Shown here piece by piece: positions 39,232 through 49,934 of a stretch of DNA of 64,000 nt. The notes below the pieces were generated by a model. It made no database searches. It was not told where the DNA came from and saw only the letters and a program-made list of their open reading frames with translations. The stretch is from Cladosporium halotolerans. Lineage: Eukaryota. The stretch spans positions 62,001-126,000 of the forward strand of contig NW_027191456.1 of the NCBI RefSeq assembly GCF_011745625.1, written 5' to 3'. How positions within the stretch are numbered: position 1 is the stretch's first letter; every line of letters starts with the position of its first letter. The position numbers and the translations under genes are program-made.

Positions 39232-40846
39232 TTAAATGCCCAGGTTGAACTCTACACCGACGTCGATGTCGCGCGCTGCGAAGCAAGTTAGCAATGTATT
39301 CTCTCTCTTGGTAGCAGCATTCGATACTCACCCGTCTTGACGATCTTGGAGAACTGCACACTCTTCTCAGCAGCGGTCTGGAGGTCCTCAATGCTGAAGG
39401 TCTTAAGGCCGCTCTCGTTGATCAGCTTCTGGGCCTCGCCCATGTTGGTGCCCTGGAGACGGGCAATGATGGGGATGCGCAGGTTCATGGTCTCGACGAC
39501 GTTGATCAGACCCTTGGCAATGGCGTCGCAGCGGACGATACCACCGAAGATGTTGACGAAGATGGCGGTGACCTTGGGGTCGGAGGTGATCAGGTCGAAC
39601 GCGTTCTTGATGGCCTCGGGGGTGGCTCCGCCACCGACGTCGAGGAAGTTGGCGGGCGAGCCACCGTTGAGCTTGATGATGTCCATGGTGGCCATGGCGA
39701 GACCGGCACCGTTGACCAGGCAGCCAATGTCACCGTCGAGCTTAATGAAGTTGAGGCCGGACTCGGCGGCCTTGACCTCGTCAGCATCCTCCTGGGTGGT
39801 GTCGCGCCACTCGAAGACCTCCTTCTGCCTGAAGTCGGCGTTGTCGTCGAAGCTGAACTTGGCGTCCATGCACATGACCTGGTGGTCGGAGGTCTCGGAA
39901 AGAGGGTTAATCTCGATCTGGGTGGCGTCCTTCTCCATGAAGACCTTGTAGAGCTTCTTGATGGTGTCGGCACCCTGGTCAACGCACTGAGGGCTGAAGC
40001 CGAGCTTCTCGGAGATGCCGCGGGCCATCTCGTCGGTCACGCCAACGTTGATGTCGACCTTGGTGGTGATGATGGCCTCGGGGCTCTCCTTGGCGACGGC
40101 CTCAATGTCCATACCACCCTGGCTGGAGGCAACAATGATGGGAGACTGAGAGGCACGGTCCATGAGAACAGCGAGGTAGAACTCGCGGCGGGCGTACTTG
40201 CGCTCGACAATGAAGACGCTGTTGCAGATGCGGCCCTTCTCACCAGTCTGCTTGGTGATGAGCTTGTGGCCGATCATCTGGTCGGCGAGAATGCCGGCCT
40301 CGCGGGGACTGGTTCTATGTTAGCGACGTGACCGCAGGTTTCGTGACTTGGGATCCAGAAAGACGCACGAGTAGACGATCCTCACACCACCCTTGAAGCC
40401 GTTGTCGAAGTGACCCTTGCCTCTGCCACCAGCGAGGACCTGAGCCTTGATGACCATGTCATCACCCTCTGCACTGTGTCAGCAGACTGTCCAGTAGTGT
40501 TCCTGTTCATTCTACGCGTACCAATGCCCCTCGCGACATCCTCGGCCTCCTTTGCGCTGTGAGCGACGTTGCCCTTGGGGACGGCAATGCCGAACTAGCC
40601 ACCAGTCAGTCCCAATCACGCCTTCTTTTACATTCCAGGCAACAGGCATACCGAGTCCAGAAGCTGCGCGGAGCGGTACTCGTGGATGGAGAGGTTACGG
40701 CGCTGCTGGAAGGCAGCTTGCCTGAGGGGAGCGCTCTGCGGAGTGTTTTGTTAGCCAAGAATCCCTGTTCGCGAGCCGGAAAAACGACGTACGTATGCGC
40801 CCTTGAGCGCAGAGGCGAACTGGGTGCTCCGCGCAAGCTTGAACAT
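39232..40846 (-). CDS. LSC2: Succinyl-CoA ligase beta subunit, mitochondrial, 6 exons
   Basis: Presequence [68 protein letters not shown]; last exon [18 protein letters not shown]. Confidence 0.95.
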
Positions 40847-41336
40847 GTTGACTGGGGTTGGTGAGGTATGTGAATGGATCACTTGTGGTTGTGGGCAGAG
40901 CTTTGAGCTGCCAGGTCCTGCTGCACCTCCAGTCTCCTCCGAGCTAAGCCGCAAAGCTCGGGTCGACGCGGGTGATAGCGTCGCGAGTGCTTGGTGAGTT
41001 TCTCAGAATAGAAGATACCCGAGGGGTAGAGTCTTGGTCGGCATGTGACGATAATAGTAGGTTTACTGTGCATAAGATAAAACTTGCTAGAGCAGCTTTG
41101 GGTATGTATCGAACGACGCGTGCGATGATACTCAAGCGTAAACTATGCTCTTGATTCTTTACCCAACATCACCTTCCAACACGACCTCACCTTATCACCG
41201 CTTCCGACACTTTTTCTTCGGCTTTGCCGCGGCCTAGGTGCAGACCAGCTCAGTCGCCGAACAATTTCCCCAGCGAGTAGATTGTCGAACGACATCCAAG
41301 GAACAACCCAGACGCCTGTTGGCGCACGATACAAAT

Positions 41337-42047
41337 ATGAGCGCCGCCACGAAAGAATCCCTCAGCCAAGCCGACATAATCCTCAATCGCACCAACGTCG
41401 CGCTCGCTCGCAGCCAACGTCTCATTCAATCCTGGCTACCTCCCAAACCGGAGTCCTCACTTTCGCAGCCGGAGCAGGACGCCGAGGATGATGATGACTT
41501 CCGAGGCGACAGCGAGGTCGGCGGCATAGGTTCTACGGCGCAGAAGGACGACTCGGGCCTGCCGGAGGGCGCCTTCAAGCGCAGGAATCCGGGCGCGAAC
41601 GATAAGTTGCTCGACTCACTGCTCGGGAAGAAGGCTGCGAATGCGCATAGGAAGGCACAGGCGCTGGCCAAGAATGGACCGGGGCAGCCTCAGAGTGCGC
41701 CTAAGCCATTGCCTAGGGAGACGCTTAAGCGGTCAGCTCAAGAGAGCGATAGCGACGAGGAGGAGGGCGGTCGAGCCGCTGCTTTCAGCTCGAAGAGGGC
41801 TAAGCCGTCTAGACCTCAGAGGAAGGCACCAGAGGAGACGGTAGAGAGTAACGTGGAGGCAGAGGAAGTAGAAGATGGCGAAGATGTCAAGTCGGCACCA
41901 GTAGGCGCAAAATCGTCACAAGAGACTAGCACGGCTGGCAAGGGTGGTAGGAAGCGACCAGCCAGTTATTTGGACGAACTGCTCGGACAAAAAGCGAACA
42001 AGAAGAACAAGAAGAAAAAGAAAGCACCCGCAGCAGATGGCGTATGA
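41337..42047 (+). CDS. Fungal Lys-rich hypothetical protein (DUF3245-like, probably nucleolar)
   Basis: ADIILNRTNVALARSQRLIQSWL, DKLLDSLLGKK, SYLDELL..KKNKKKKK. Confidence 0.65.
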   Translation: MSAATKESLSQADIILNRTNVALARSQRLIQSWLPPKPESSLSQPEQDAEDDDDFRGDSEVGGIGSTAQKDDSGLPEGAFKRRNPGANDKLLDSLLGKKAANAHRKAQALAKNGPGQPQSAPKPLPRETLKRSAQESDSDEEEGGRAAAFSSKRAKPSRPQRKAPEETVESNVEAEEVEDGEDVKSAPVGAKSSQETSTAGKGGRKRPASYLDELLGQKANKKNKKKKKAPAADGV

Positions 42048-42104
42048 TGTGGCTGGAAATTCGTACATGTCTTTATACAAGCCACAACAATCGTGCCGAA
42101 TATA

Positions 42105-43462
42105 TTACTCTCGGACGATCAAGCTGGCCATGCCCATACCGGTACCAATACACATGCTGATGACGCCGAGTTCCTGGCCCTGCCTCTCCATTTCTGGCAG
42201 AAGCGTCGCCAGCTGCCTTGCACCGGTGGCGCCCAGAGGGTGTCCGAGCTGCAAAGAAAGGACGTTAGCATACTAGGTTGACAAAAATGTGATACGAATC
42301 ACGGCTGCTAGGGTGGCTCCAATATGCGGTCTGAACGCAGACAAAGGAAGGGGAATATACGTACCGCGATCGCGCCGCCCTTGGGGTTGACCTTGTCTTC
42401 ATCAATACCGAGGTTTCGCACGCAGTAGACAGCCTGACTGGCAAAAGCCTCGTTGATCTCCCAGATACCGATCTCCTCCTTAGAGACACCAGTGTAGCTC
42501 AGCAGCTTAGGAATGGCAATCGCCGGCCCAATACCCATCTCATCAGGCCTGCAACCCACAACCTGCGTGCCAGCCCACTTGCCAATGATGTTCTTCTCCA
42601 GCCCCAGCTGCGTGGCAGTGCTTCGTCTCATCATGAGCGCCGCCGCAGCTCCATCTGAAACCTGGCTGCTGTTACCGGCAGTCGCAGTACCCGTCTCCTT
42701 GAAAGCAGGCTTCATCTTCGCAAGCCCCTCCGCCGTGCTCGTCGGCCTGATGCCATCGTCCTTCGTCACAGTGATCTCCTCCGTCTGCTCCGGCACCTCC
42801 GGGTTGGGATGCCAGCGCGTCGTCACGGGCACGATCTCCTTGTCGAACAGACCCTCCTGCTGCGCCTTGGCTGCCTTCTGGTGCGACTTCGCCGCGAAAG
42901 CGTCTTGCTCCGCGCGACTGACCCCGTACCGCTCCGCCACGTTCTCCGCCGTCAAACCCATGCTCATGATACAGTCGCGCGCGTCGCGCGACGGGCTGTT
43001 CTTCAGGTCCTCCCACAGCTGCGTCGGGATGGCGCGCGAGCCGTAGTTCTTCGTCATGCTCTCCATACCGCCGCCGATGCCGACGTCGATCTGGCCGACG
43101 GCAATGCTGTTCGCAACGCCCGTGATGGCCGCGAGGCCGGAGCTGCAGGCGCGGTTGACGGTCTGGAAGGAGGTGGTCTCCGGCACGCCGACGTGGCAGG
43201 CGGCCATGCGGCCGGCCTTGCTGCCGCCTAGCTCGGAGAGGACGGTGCCGATCTGGACATCGTCGAGGAGCTTGGGGTCGAGGTTAGGCGTCGCGGCGAG
43301 GGTGGCTTTGAGGACGTGCGCGAGGAGTTCGTGGTCGTGGGCGTCTTTGAAGCCGCCTTTCTTCGCTCGGGTGACGGGGGTGCGGAGCGCGGAGAGGAAG
43401 ACGATGTCGTTAGGGTTCTTCTGGAGAATGTTTTTCGCGCCTTTCTGGATAAAGCCCGACAT
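42105..43462 (-). CDS. 3-ketoacyl-CoA thiolase (degradative type), 2 exons
   Basis: Catalytic motifs NRACSSG, EINEAF, GHPLGATG, MCIGTGMG; last exon ends LIVRE-stop. Confidence 0.92.
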
Positions 43463-43901
43463 TTTTATTTGGTGGTGATCAGTCCTGACGATTTAGTAGC
43501 TATGATGGAGTGCCAGGATGCACCGAGAAGTCGGTCTAGAATATACTTGAGGTCTGATGTTGCTGGAAAACTAGGAGACGTGCAATATGGAAGACAGCAA
43601 GGAGGAGTAGAGAAACGGAAAAAGCGCGTAATACTTACGACGATCGCATACAGAAGCGCCACGACAAAGGCGATGTCGCCGTCGGATACAAACCTCGGGA
43701 ACGAGTTGGAAGCCAGGCGTGGGGAGAGAGCAGCTCAGGCGTGGAGGCGAGGAATCTCTGGAGCGGAAAAGAATTCTTCCTCGGAATTGGACCGCCTCAT
43801 ACCCGACCGAACATTTAACTCGGGAAGCTTCGGGCAACCGTGTTTGGAGCCTTTCACCTTCAATGTCTTGTGTATTCATGTCTCTTGTGAAAATGCTTAC
43901 A

Positions 43902-45230
43902 TTATCGATCGACCGTGACCAGTACTCCGTCTCCAAGTACCTGGCCATCACGTCCAATACCTCCCCAAATCAACACACTCGCACCGTCGACCTCTAAAGC
44001 TTCCGCGGATGCAAATCCAGTTCTTCCCCCAATGCCTCTGCCTGCATGCCCTTCCTCCAATGCCACGCCTTCAGCACCGTGATACTTGATTTCTCGCCAC
44101 TCCGCCTCGCCGGTGTCCTTCTTGATAGCCAATCGCGCGGCATCCTTGAACGACGCGGCCGTCATCCCTTCCGGTTTGAGCTGCAGCGCCCAAATGTCTT
44201 CCAGCGGTTCACTAGAAGCCGAGAGCCCGCCGATCAGCAGAAGGTAATGCCTCCCCTGGCCAGTAGTCACGTGCGTCAGTGAAGCGCCCCATCTCTCCCC
44301 CGGGTGCGCCGCATCTTCAGTGTTCGTGGCATGAGGAATAGTCGCCCACGGCGCCAGCGGTGCAAGACCTAGCTCTCCCGAACCCGAGACGTCGTTGTAT
44401 CTGCTCGAAGTGAGGTCCAAATAGCTAGTCTGCGCCCTCGAGTAGCAGTACAGCCTGTGTGCGACAAGCGCCAGGCTAGGTTGCCCGGAAGCCAAAGAGT
44501 TAGGCTCGGGAAGTTCGGCCCATGTTTTCGACCCAATGTCGAAAGTCCACATATCGTTCAACTGACTCCCACCCTTGCCCAGTCCGCCCTGGATGACCAC
44601 CGTGCCGTACGTATCCGTCGAAGGAATGTCAGGGAACGACTTCTCCGGGTCCGGCGGCGCCTGCGGCAGCGTACCCTCGTCTGGCCGCTTCTGCGCCGGT
44701 TTCGGGTGCTCGCTGGCAACAGCAGCGTGGCGGCATCTGGGAGCTGGCTTGGGAGTGCCCTCTACCGGGTCGAAGTGCGACCATTTGTTCCATGCCGTGT
44801 CAAACACCCAAACCCTGCCTCCCTCGTCCAATGGGTCCTCCTCCTCGCCCTTGCCGCCAAAGATGTATATCCTCTCCTCAATCACCGCTGCCCTGTGTCC
44901 GTACCTCCGCGGCGGCGCCTCAGACGTCGCTTCTATGCGCCTATAATCGGTGCTCTCCACTCCTGAAGAAGGGAGGATGACGATATGCATATCGTTGTCT
45001 GCGAGCTGCTGCTCGCCAGCGCCATCCTTGCCAGCTGTCCTCCCGCCGAAAATGTATGCTCTGCCGCTGATGACGGAAATGCTGTGGTATGCTCTGGGCA
45101 GGGGTTCTGCTGGAATTTTCTTGAGGGTGGCGTTTAATGGGAGGGTCGGATCGTGGATGCCTTTGGCAAGGAGCGCGGCGCCTTCGAGTACGTTCTTGAT
45201 CCCGTAGAGGGCGCCGGCTGCTTCGGCCAT
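43902..45230 (-). CDS. Kelch-repeat (beta-propeller) protein
   Basis: Repeated PR..H....YIFGG / IQGG / LIGG / IWGG motifs with downstream W. Confidence 0.85.
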   Translation of the reverse strand: MAEAAGALYGIKNVLEGAALLAKGIHDPTLPLNATLKKIPAEPLPRAYHSISVISGRAYIFGGRTAGKDGAGEQQLADNDMHIVILPSSGVESTDYRRIEATSEAPPRRYGHRAAVIEERIYIFGGKGEEEDPLDEGGRVWVFDTAWNKWSHFDPVEGTPKPAPRCRHAAVASEHPKPAQKRPDEGTLPQAPPDPEKSFPDIPSTDTYGTVVIQGGLGKGGSQLNDMWTFDIGSKTWAELPEPNSLASGQPSLALVAHRLYCYSRAQTSYLDLTSSRYNDVSGSGELGLAPLAPWATIPHATNTEDAAHPGERWGASLTHVTTGQGRHYLLLIGGLSASSEPLEDIWALQLKPEGMTAASFKDAARLAIKKDTGEAEWREIKYHGAEGVALEEGHAGRGIGGRTGFASAEALEVDGASVLIWGGIGRDGQVLGDGVLVTVDR

Positions 45231-46118
45231 GGTTGGTTACAAGGGCTGGTTTGCTTTTTCGAGCTGCTTGTACGGTACCGTGTTTTGAAGAGGCTCCAAG
45301 AGATTCGGAGACTTCAAAATTGAGACTACGAATGGGAAACGAATCAATATAGATCAAGCATGCAAGTGTTGAGAGGGCTCGTATTGTTTACTGATGGAAT
45401 CAGAAACTCGTAACAACGACGCGAAGGCATGACGTCGCAGCTCACGACCCTGTTCTTTGCGGGGGTGGAGTTGTGCCAGGTGGGAGGCTCTCCTGTCAAT
45501 GAGAATCTATCAAGTGGGGAACGTAACACACTGCACTTGAGATGTGAGATCCTAATAGGCTCCCAGCACGAACATCTCCCTACCTCAATTAAGTGTCAGT
45601 GTGCCACGATTTTCCACGGTGTTCAAACCCGGATTTTCCCACGGGGCTGGGTGTTCGTAGTTGAGCATTCAGCTCCGGAAGACAGGAGCCCGGTCAAAGA
45701 TCCTTCCCCAACAAGTTCTAGGGTTATGAGAAGCCGATTGCAGTCTTGCTCTCTCTTTTAACAAAGCAAAGATTCAGACTTGATCATCTCAGCCTCATCT
45801 CGTCTCATCGCAAAGCAATTTTCGCCGCGTAAACCACTCACAGCTCTGCGTGGTAGCACGCGGCAATAGGTTCGACGGTGCAAACTCTATTTGGGCCTCT
45901 ATGCTGCTTGTACAAGCCGCGAATGTGCATACTCGGCAAGGCGTAAGGGCCAAGGCTTGGGCTCGCGAGTGCTACCACCTATCAGCGAATGCCTGCATGT
46001 CACCTGATATTCGCGTCATCCGTTGCCAATGGCCAAAGTCAAAGAACATTGATATGAGTATATGAGTACCATAATGTCGCCAGCGTGATATTGTATTGTG
46101 AACCACTCCAACGCAATA

Positions 46119-47630
46119 ATGGCGCCGCTCTGGTCCCGTATACGGTCCTCGATACAGAATGGCCGCAAGGCCTTGCAGCCGACCGGCGAGGCCATCTCCC
46201 AGGTGGCCCTCCTGGACATGCTGGCCCACAACTGGTACCTAGGCTTCACTTCCTTCGGCGGACCGACGGTTCATTTTCAGATATTCCATCAACTGTTTGT
46301 CGATAAGTACAAATGGATCGACGAGACAAGCTACCAGGAGATGTTCGCGCTGTGTCAGGCGCTCAGCGGGCCTGGCAGTACGAAGATGATATATGCGCTG
46401 AACGTCTTGCACTACAACTTCTGGGTTGGTTTGACGTCGTTCTTCCTCTGGAGTGTCCCTATGGCAATTGCGGCTTTCGGTCTGGCAGTAGGCATTGGCA
46501 ATATTGACGACCAGCTGCCCGGACCTGCTTACGCGCTCCTCTGCGGTCTCAACAGTGCGACTGTCGGTATCATTGCGCTTGCAGCTGTTCAATTGAGCAA
46601 TAAGGCGATCACAGATACTGTCACGCGTATCCTGGTCTTCTTTGGTGCAGCTGCGGGCATGCTGTACAACGCCTTGTGGTATTTTCCAATCTTGATGGTT
46701 GCGGGCGGCATCGTTACTGTCGTGTGGGACCTCCGTCTGCTTCAGAAACTTTGGAAAGCGTTGCGAAACAACAACAAGAATGAGACTCCTGCTTCGCTCG
46801 AGAGCGACCCAGTCGAGCTAAGAGAGACCGACCCAAACGCCAAATCCGGCTCATCTTCTCTGCACGCCAGGCAAAGAGACACAAGCAATGCAACAGACCA
46901 AACCGCCACGCACCAAGAAGAACCCTCCGCCCCTCCTCAGCCCCAGCTCAAACACATCGGCACCTGGAAGACCGGCGCAGTCATCATCGCCGGCTTCTTC
47001 GCCGCCTTCATCGTCATCATGGTCTGCCGCGGCACCCTCAGCGCGCGCAACCGCGGCTTCGACCTCTTCGCCAACCTCTACCTCGCCGGCACGATCATCT
47101 TCGGCGGCGGGCCCGTCGTCATTCCCCTGCTGCGCGAGTACATCGTCGTCCCCGGCTGGGTCTCCCCGCGTGACTTCCTGCTCGGCCTCGCCATCACCCA
47201 GGCCTTCCCGGGCCCCAACTTCAACTTCGCCGTCTACCTCGGCACTCTCGCCGTACGCGGCTCCGCAACCCCAGCGGCCGCGGGTGCCATCATCGCCTTC
47301 CTTGCGATCTTCACGCCAGGCCTGTGGCTGCACACGGGCTTCATGGGCATCTGGCCTAGCGTGCGGAAAGTGCACGCCGTGAGAGCGTGTCTCAGAGGCG
47401 TGCACGCCACGGCTGTTGGGCTCGTGTTCACCGCTGTGTACAGGCTGTTTGAGATCGGGTACCTGGATGAGACTGTGCAGAACGGAGGCAGCTTGAGCAG
47501 AGATCCGTGGTGGGTGGTAATTGTGGGCACGAGTTTTGTCGGTGGCAAGCATTTCAAGCTCTCGCCGCCGTGGGCGATTTTGCTCGGTGCTGCGATGGGG
47601 TTGGTTTGGTATGGCATTGTGAGGGCTTGA
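46119..47630 (+). CDS. Chromate ion transporter (CHR family, long bi-domain type)
   Basis: Two homologous halves: GFTSFGGP..CQALSGPGS and IIFGGGPVVIPLL..TQAFPGPNFN; many TM segments; first ATG at 46119. Confidence 0.9.
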   Translation: MAPLWSRIRSSIQNGRKALQPTGEAISQVALLDMLAHNWYLGFTSFGGPTVHFQIFHQLFVDKYKWIDETSYQEMFALCQALSGPGSTKMIYALNVLHYNFWVGLTSFFLWSVPMAIAAFGLAVGIGNIDDQLPGPAYALLCGLNSATVGIIALAAVQLSNKAITDTVTRILVFFGAAAGMLYNALWYFPILMVAGGIVTVVWDLRLLQKLWKALRNNNKNETPASLESDPVELRETDPNAKSGSSSLHARQRDTSNATDQTATHQEEPSAPPQPQLKHIGTWKTGAVIIAGFFAAFIVIMVCRGTLSARNRGFDLFANLYLAGTIIFGGGPVVIPLLREYIVVPGWVSPRDFLLGLAITQAFPGPNFNFAVYLGTLAVRGSATPAAAGAIIAFLAIFTPGLWLHTGFMGIWPSVRKVHAVRACLRGVHATAVGLVFTAVYRLFEIGYLDETVQNGGSLSRDPWWVVIVGTSFVGGKHFKLSPPWAILLGAAMGLVWYGIVRA

Positions 47631-47860
47631 GGCGGCTTCGGCGTGCGCAACGGATGGTTTACACACTCGATTCAATGGAAGGAACAATCAGCCTATCAGA
47701 ACCGTGCTCGGGGCCCAAATGCAAGCTTCGACATCTGGAGACGAGCATCTAATCGCACATTCGCAAATCCAAATACTATATATTCTTGTACATGTGTATC
47801 CGCGCTAAACGCAAAAACAATCGCAACCCACACCTCCGCACCCTCCACATTCAGCAAAGG

Positions 47861-49934
47861 TCATTGATCGCTCCCCCCAGTCTGCCCCTCAACCCTCCCC
47901 TCCTCCCCTTCTTCGCCCTCCTTCTCCCCACCCCCACCACCCGTCACAACCCCCCAACCCCCCTCCGCAATCTCCCTCCCCCGGAACTTAATCAGCACAC
48001 CGACCACAATCGGCCCGACAATCGTGTTGAACAGAATCGCCCAGATGGCAATGTTCAGGCCCGCGGACGTCACGTAGGACGTCGAGTTGTACCCGATCTG
48101 CACGATGAGGAGGCCGATCTCGCCGCGCGCGACCATGGCGGAGCCGAGGAGGAAGGCGGGCGAGAGCGTTTGGGTGATGGAGGGGCGAGGCGAGGACTTG
48201 TTGCGGCGGAGGAGGTCGGCGAGGGGGATTGTGCTGCCGACGATGAGCTGGGAGGGGTGTTAGTGAGGTTGTTGTTGGGTGTTTTCGGGGTTGGAGGTGA
48301 TAGGGATGGAGAGGCTGGGGATCGCAGGTGCGGAAGGAGGGAGATTTGGAAATAAGGTTCAGAGGTGCAGGGCTGAATGAGCTGGTGATGAGGGTGGCGT
48401 GGATGGTAGCAGCAGAAGTAAGTAGGGGCGGGAAGGAAGATACAGGATCCCAAGTCCTCAGAGAAGGTGAGAATGAGAATAGCCAAGATGGTAGCAGCAG
48501 CAGCAGTAAGCAGGCCCAGGAGAAGAGAAATACGGGGACGTAGTTCTGATGAGGTCAAGATGATGATGACGAGGACGATAGTAGCAGGAGCAAGTAGGTG
48601 CCAGAAAGAGATACCCAAGTCGTATCTCTCTTCCCAAAGCCTACTAATGCTCCTTCCGTTCTCGCGATCTCCATCTTGATTCCCCTCATCCTGGAACACT
48701 TCACGATCCACCCGAATTTCTCTCTTCTGCAGCCTGCCGACTTCTGCTGCTTCCACCCACACTATGCTCATATCCAAGTTGAACGCAAAAGAATGTCGTT
48801 CACTTACCTTCGCGAACAGCATAAGCAAAGAATACACAATGCCACGCCAGACAGTCTGGCCATCCCAAAGATCCAGGAAAGGAATTGCAAAGCCAATGCT
48901 GGCGAAGAACAACGGCTCCATGAGGTACCTCTGCACATCCGAGCAGTACAGCTCGAACGTATGCACGAACGTCGGGCTCTTGTCGACATTCTGCTCGCCT
49001 TCTTCGCGCGTGAGGACAACGAACGGACCCTCGGGATGCTTGCTCGGCAGGTAGGTCAGGAACGAGCCTGCGAGAAAGGCGCCGAAGAGAACGCTCGTGC
49101 CCGCGTACGCAGCGATGGAGATGAATGCGCAGAGGACCAGGACCATCAGGCCGACGTTCGACAGGTGATCGTAGCGGGCGAAGCGGTTCTCGATGAAACG
49201 GCGGAAAAATGGAGCCAGGGCGTATTTGGTTAATACTGGGGTTATGGCCGCCATTAGGATGGAAGCCAGGATTGGTCGGCCGATGAGCCAGCCTAGGTTG
49301 ACGTTCCCGCCAGACTGGATACTGCCCAGGTCGTGGATGACGCTCGACATGACCAGGCCGGAAACATCGTCAATGACCGCTGCGCTGACGAGCACGGTGC
49401 CGACTCGGGTTTGGGAAAGATCAATCGACTTCGAAGCGCCTCCGATGACAGCGAACGTGGTGCCCAGACTGGTCGTCGATAGGGCTGCTCCGATGATGAA
49501 GGTCTCGACGGGCCCAAAGCCAAACCCCAGATAGAGGAGCAGATAGGAAAGGCCGATTGGGAAAATGACGCCGGTGGTGGCGCCAATGAAGCTTAGAGAG
49601 AAGTTCTGCTTCAGAAGGTCCATTCGCGTGGTCAGGCCACCTTCGAAGATGATGAGGATCAAGCCGATGTAGCCAATGGCCAGGAACGTCTCCTGCCATT
49701 CGGCATGCAAGATGTTTGCAAGAGGCTCGCCATAGATGATTCCGACCGCTATTGGGCCAATAATGCCGGCTCTGATGACGATCGAGGACAATGTCTCGGC
49801 CAAGGAAAGGAAGGTGAAGAAGGATATCAAGATCAAGATCTCGACGACTGCATGGTGGGTAAGTCTGGATGTCCGCGCATGGTTTCGAGAGCTCACTCAC
49901 TGGATGGCTCTTCATAGGCCAAGAAGTTTGCCAT
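47861..49934 (-). CDS. Cation/H+ antiporter, CPA2 (NapA/KefB-like) family, 3 exons
   Basis: MANFLAYEEPS|IVEILILISFF; ALSTTSLG, AAVIDDVSGL, FGAFLAG, FFASIG, LFAK|LIVG, MVARGEIG; introns ~49849-49900 and 48248-48807. Confidence 0.88.
48300..48790. repeat. Degenerate ~80-92-bp repeat units in inverted (fold-back) arrangement inside the antiporter intron
   Basis: Unit anchors ATAC at 48440, 48530 and 48611, with inverted anchors at 48622 and 48714; centre AGAGATAC-ccaagtc-GTATCTCT. Confidence 0.75.
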
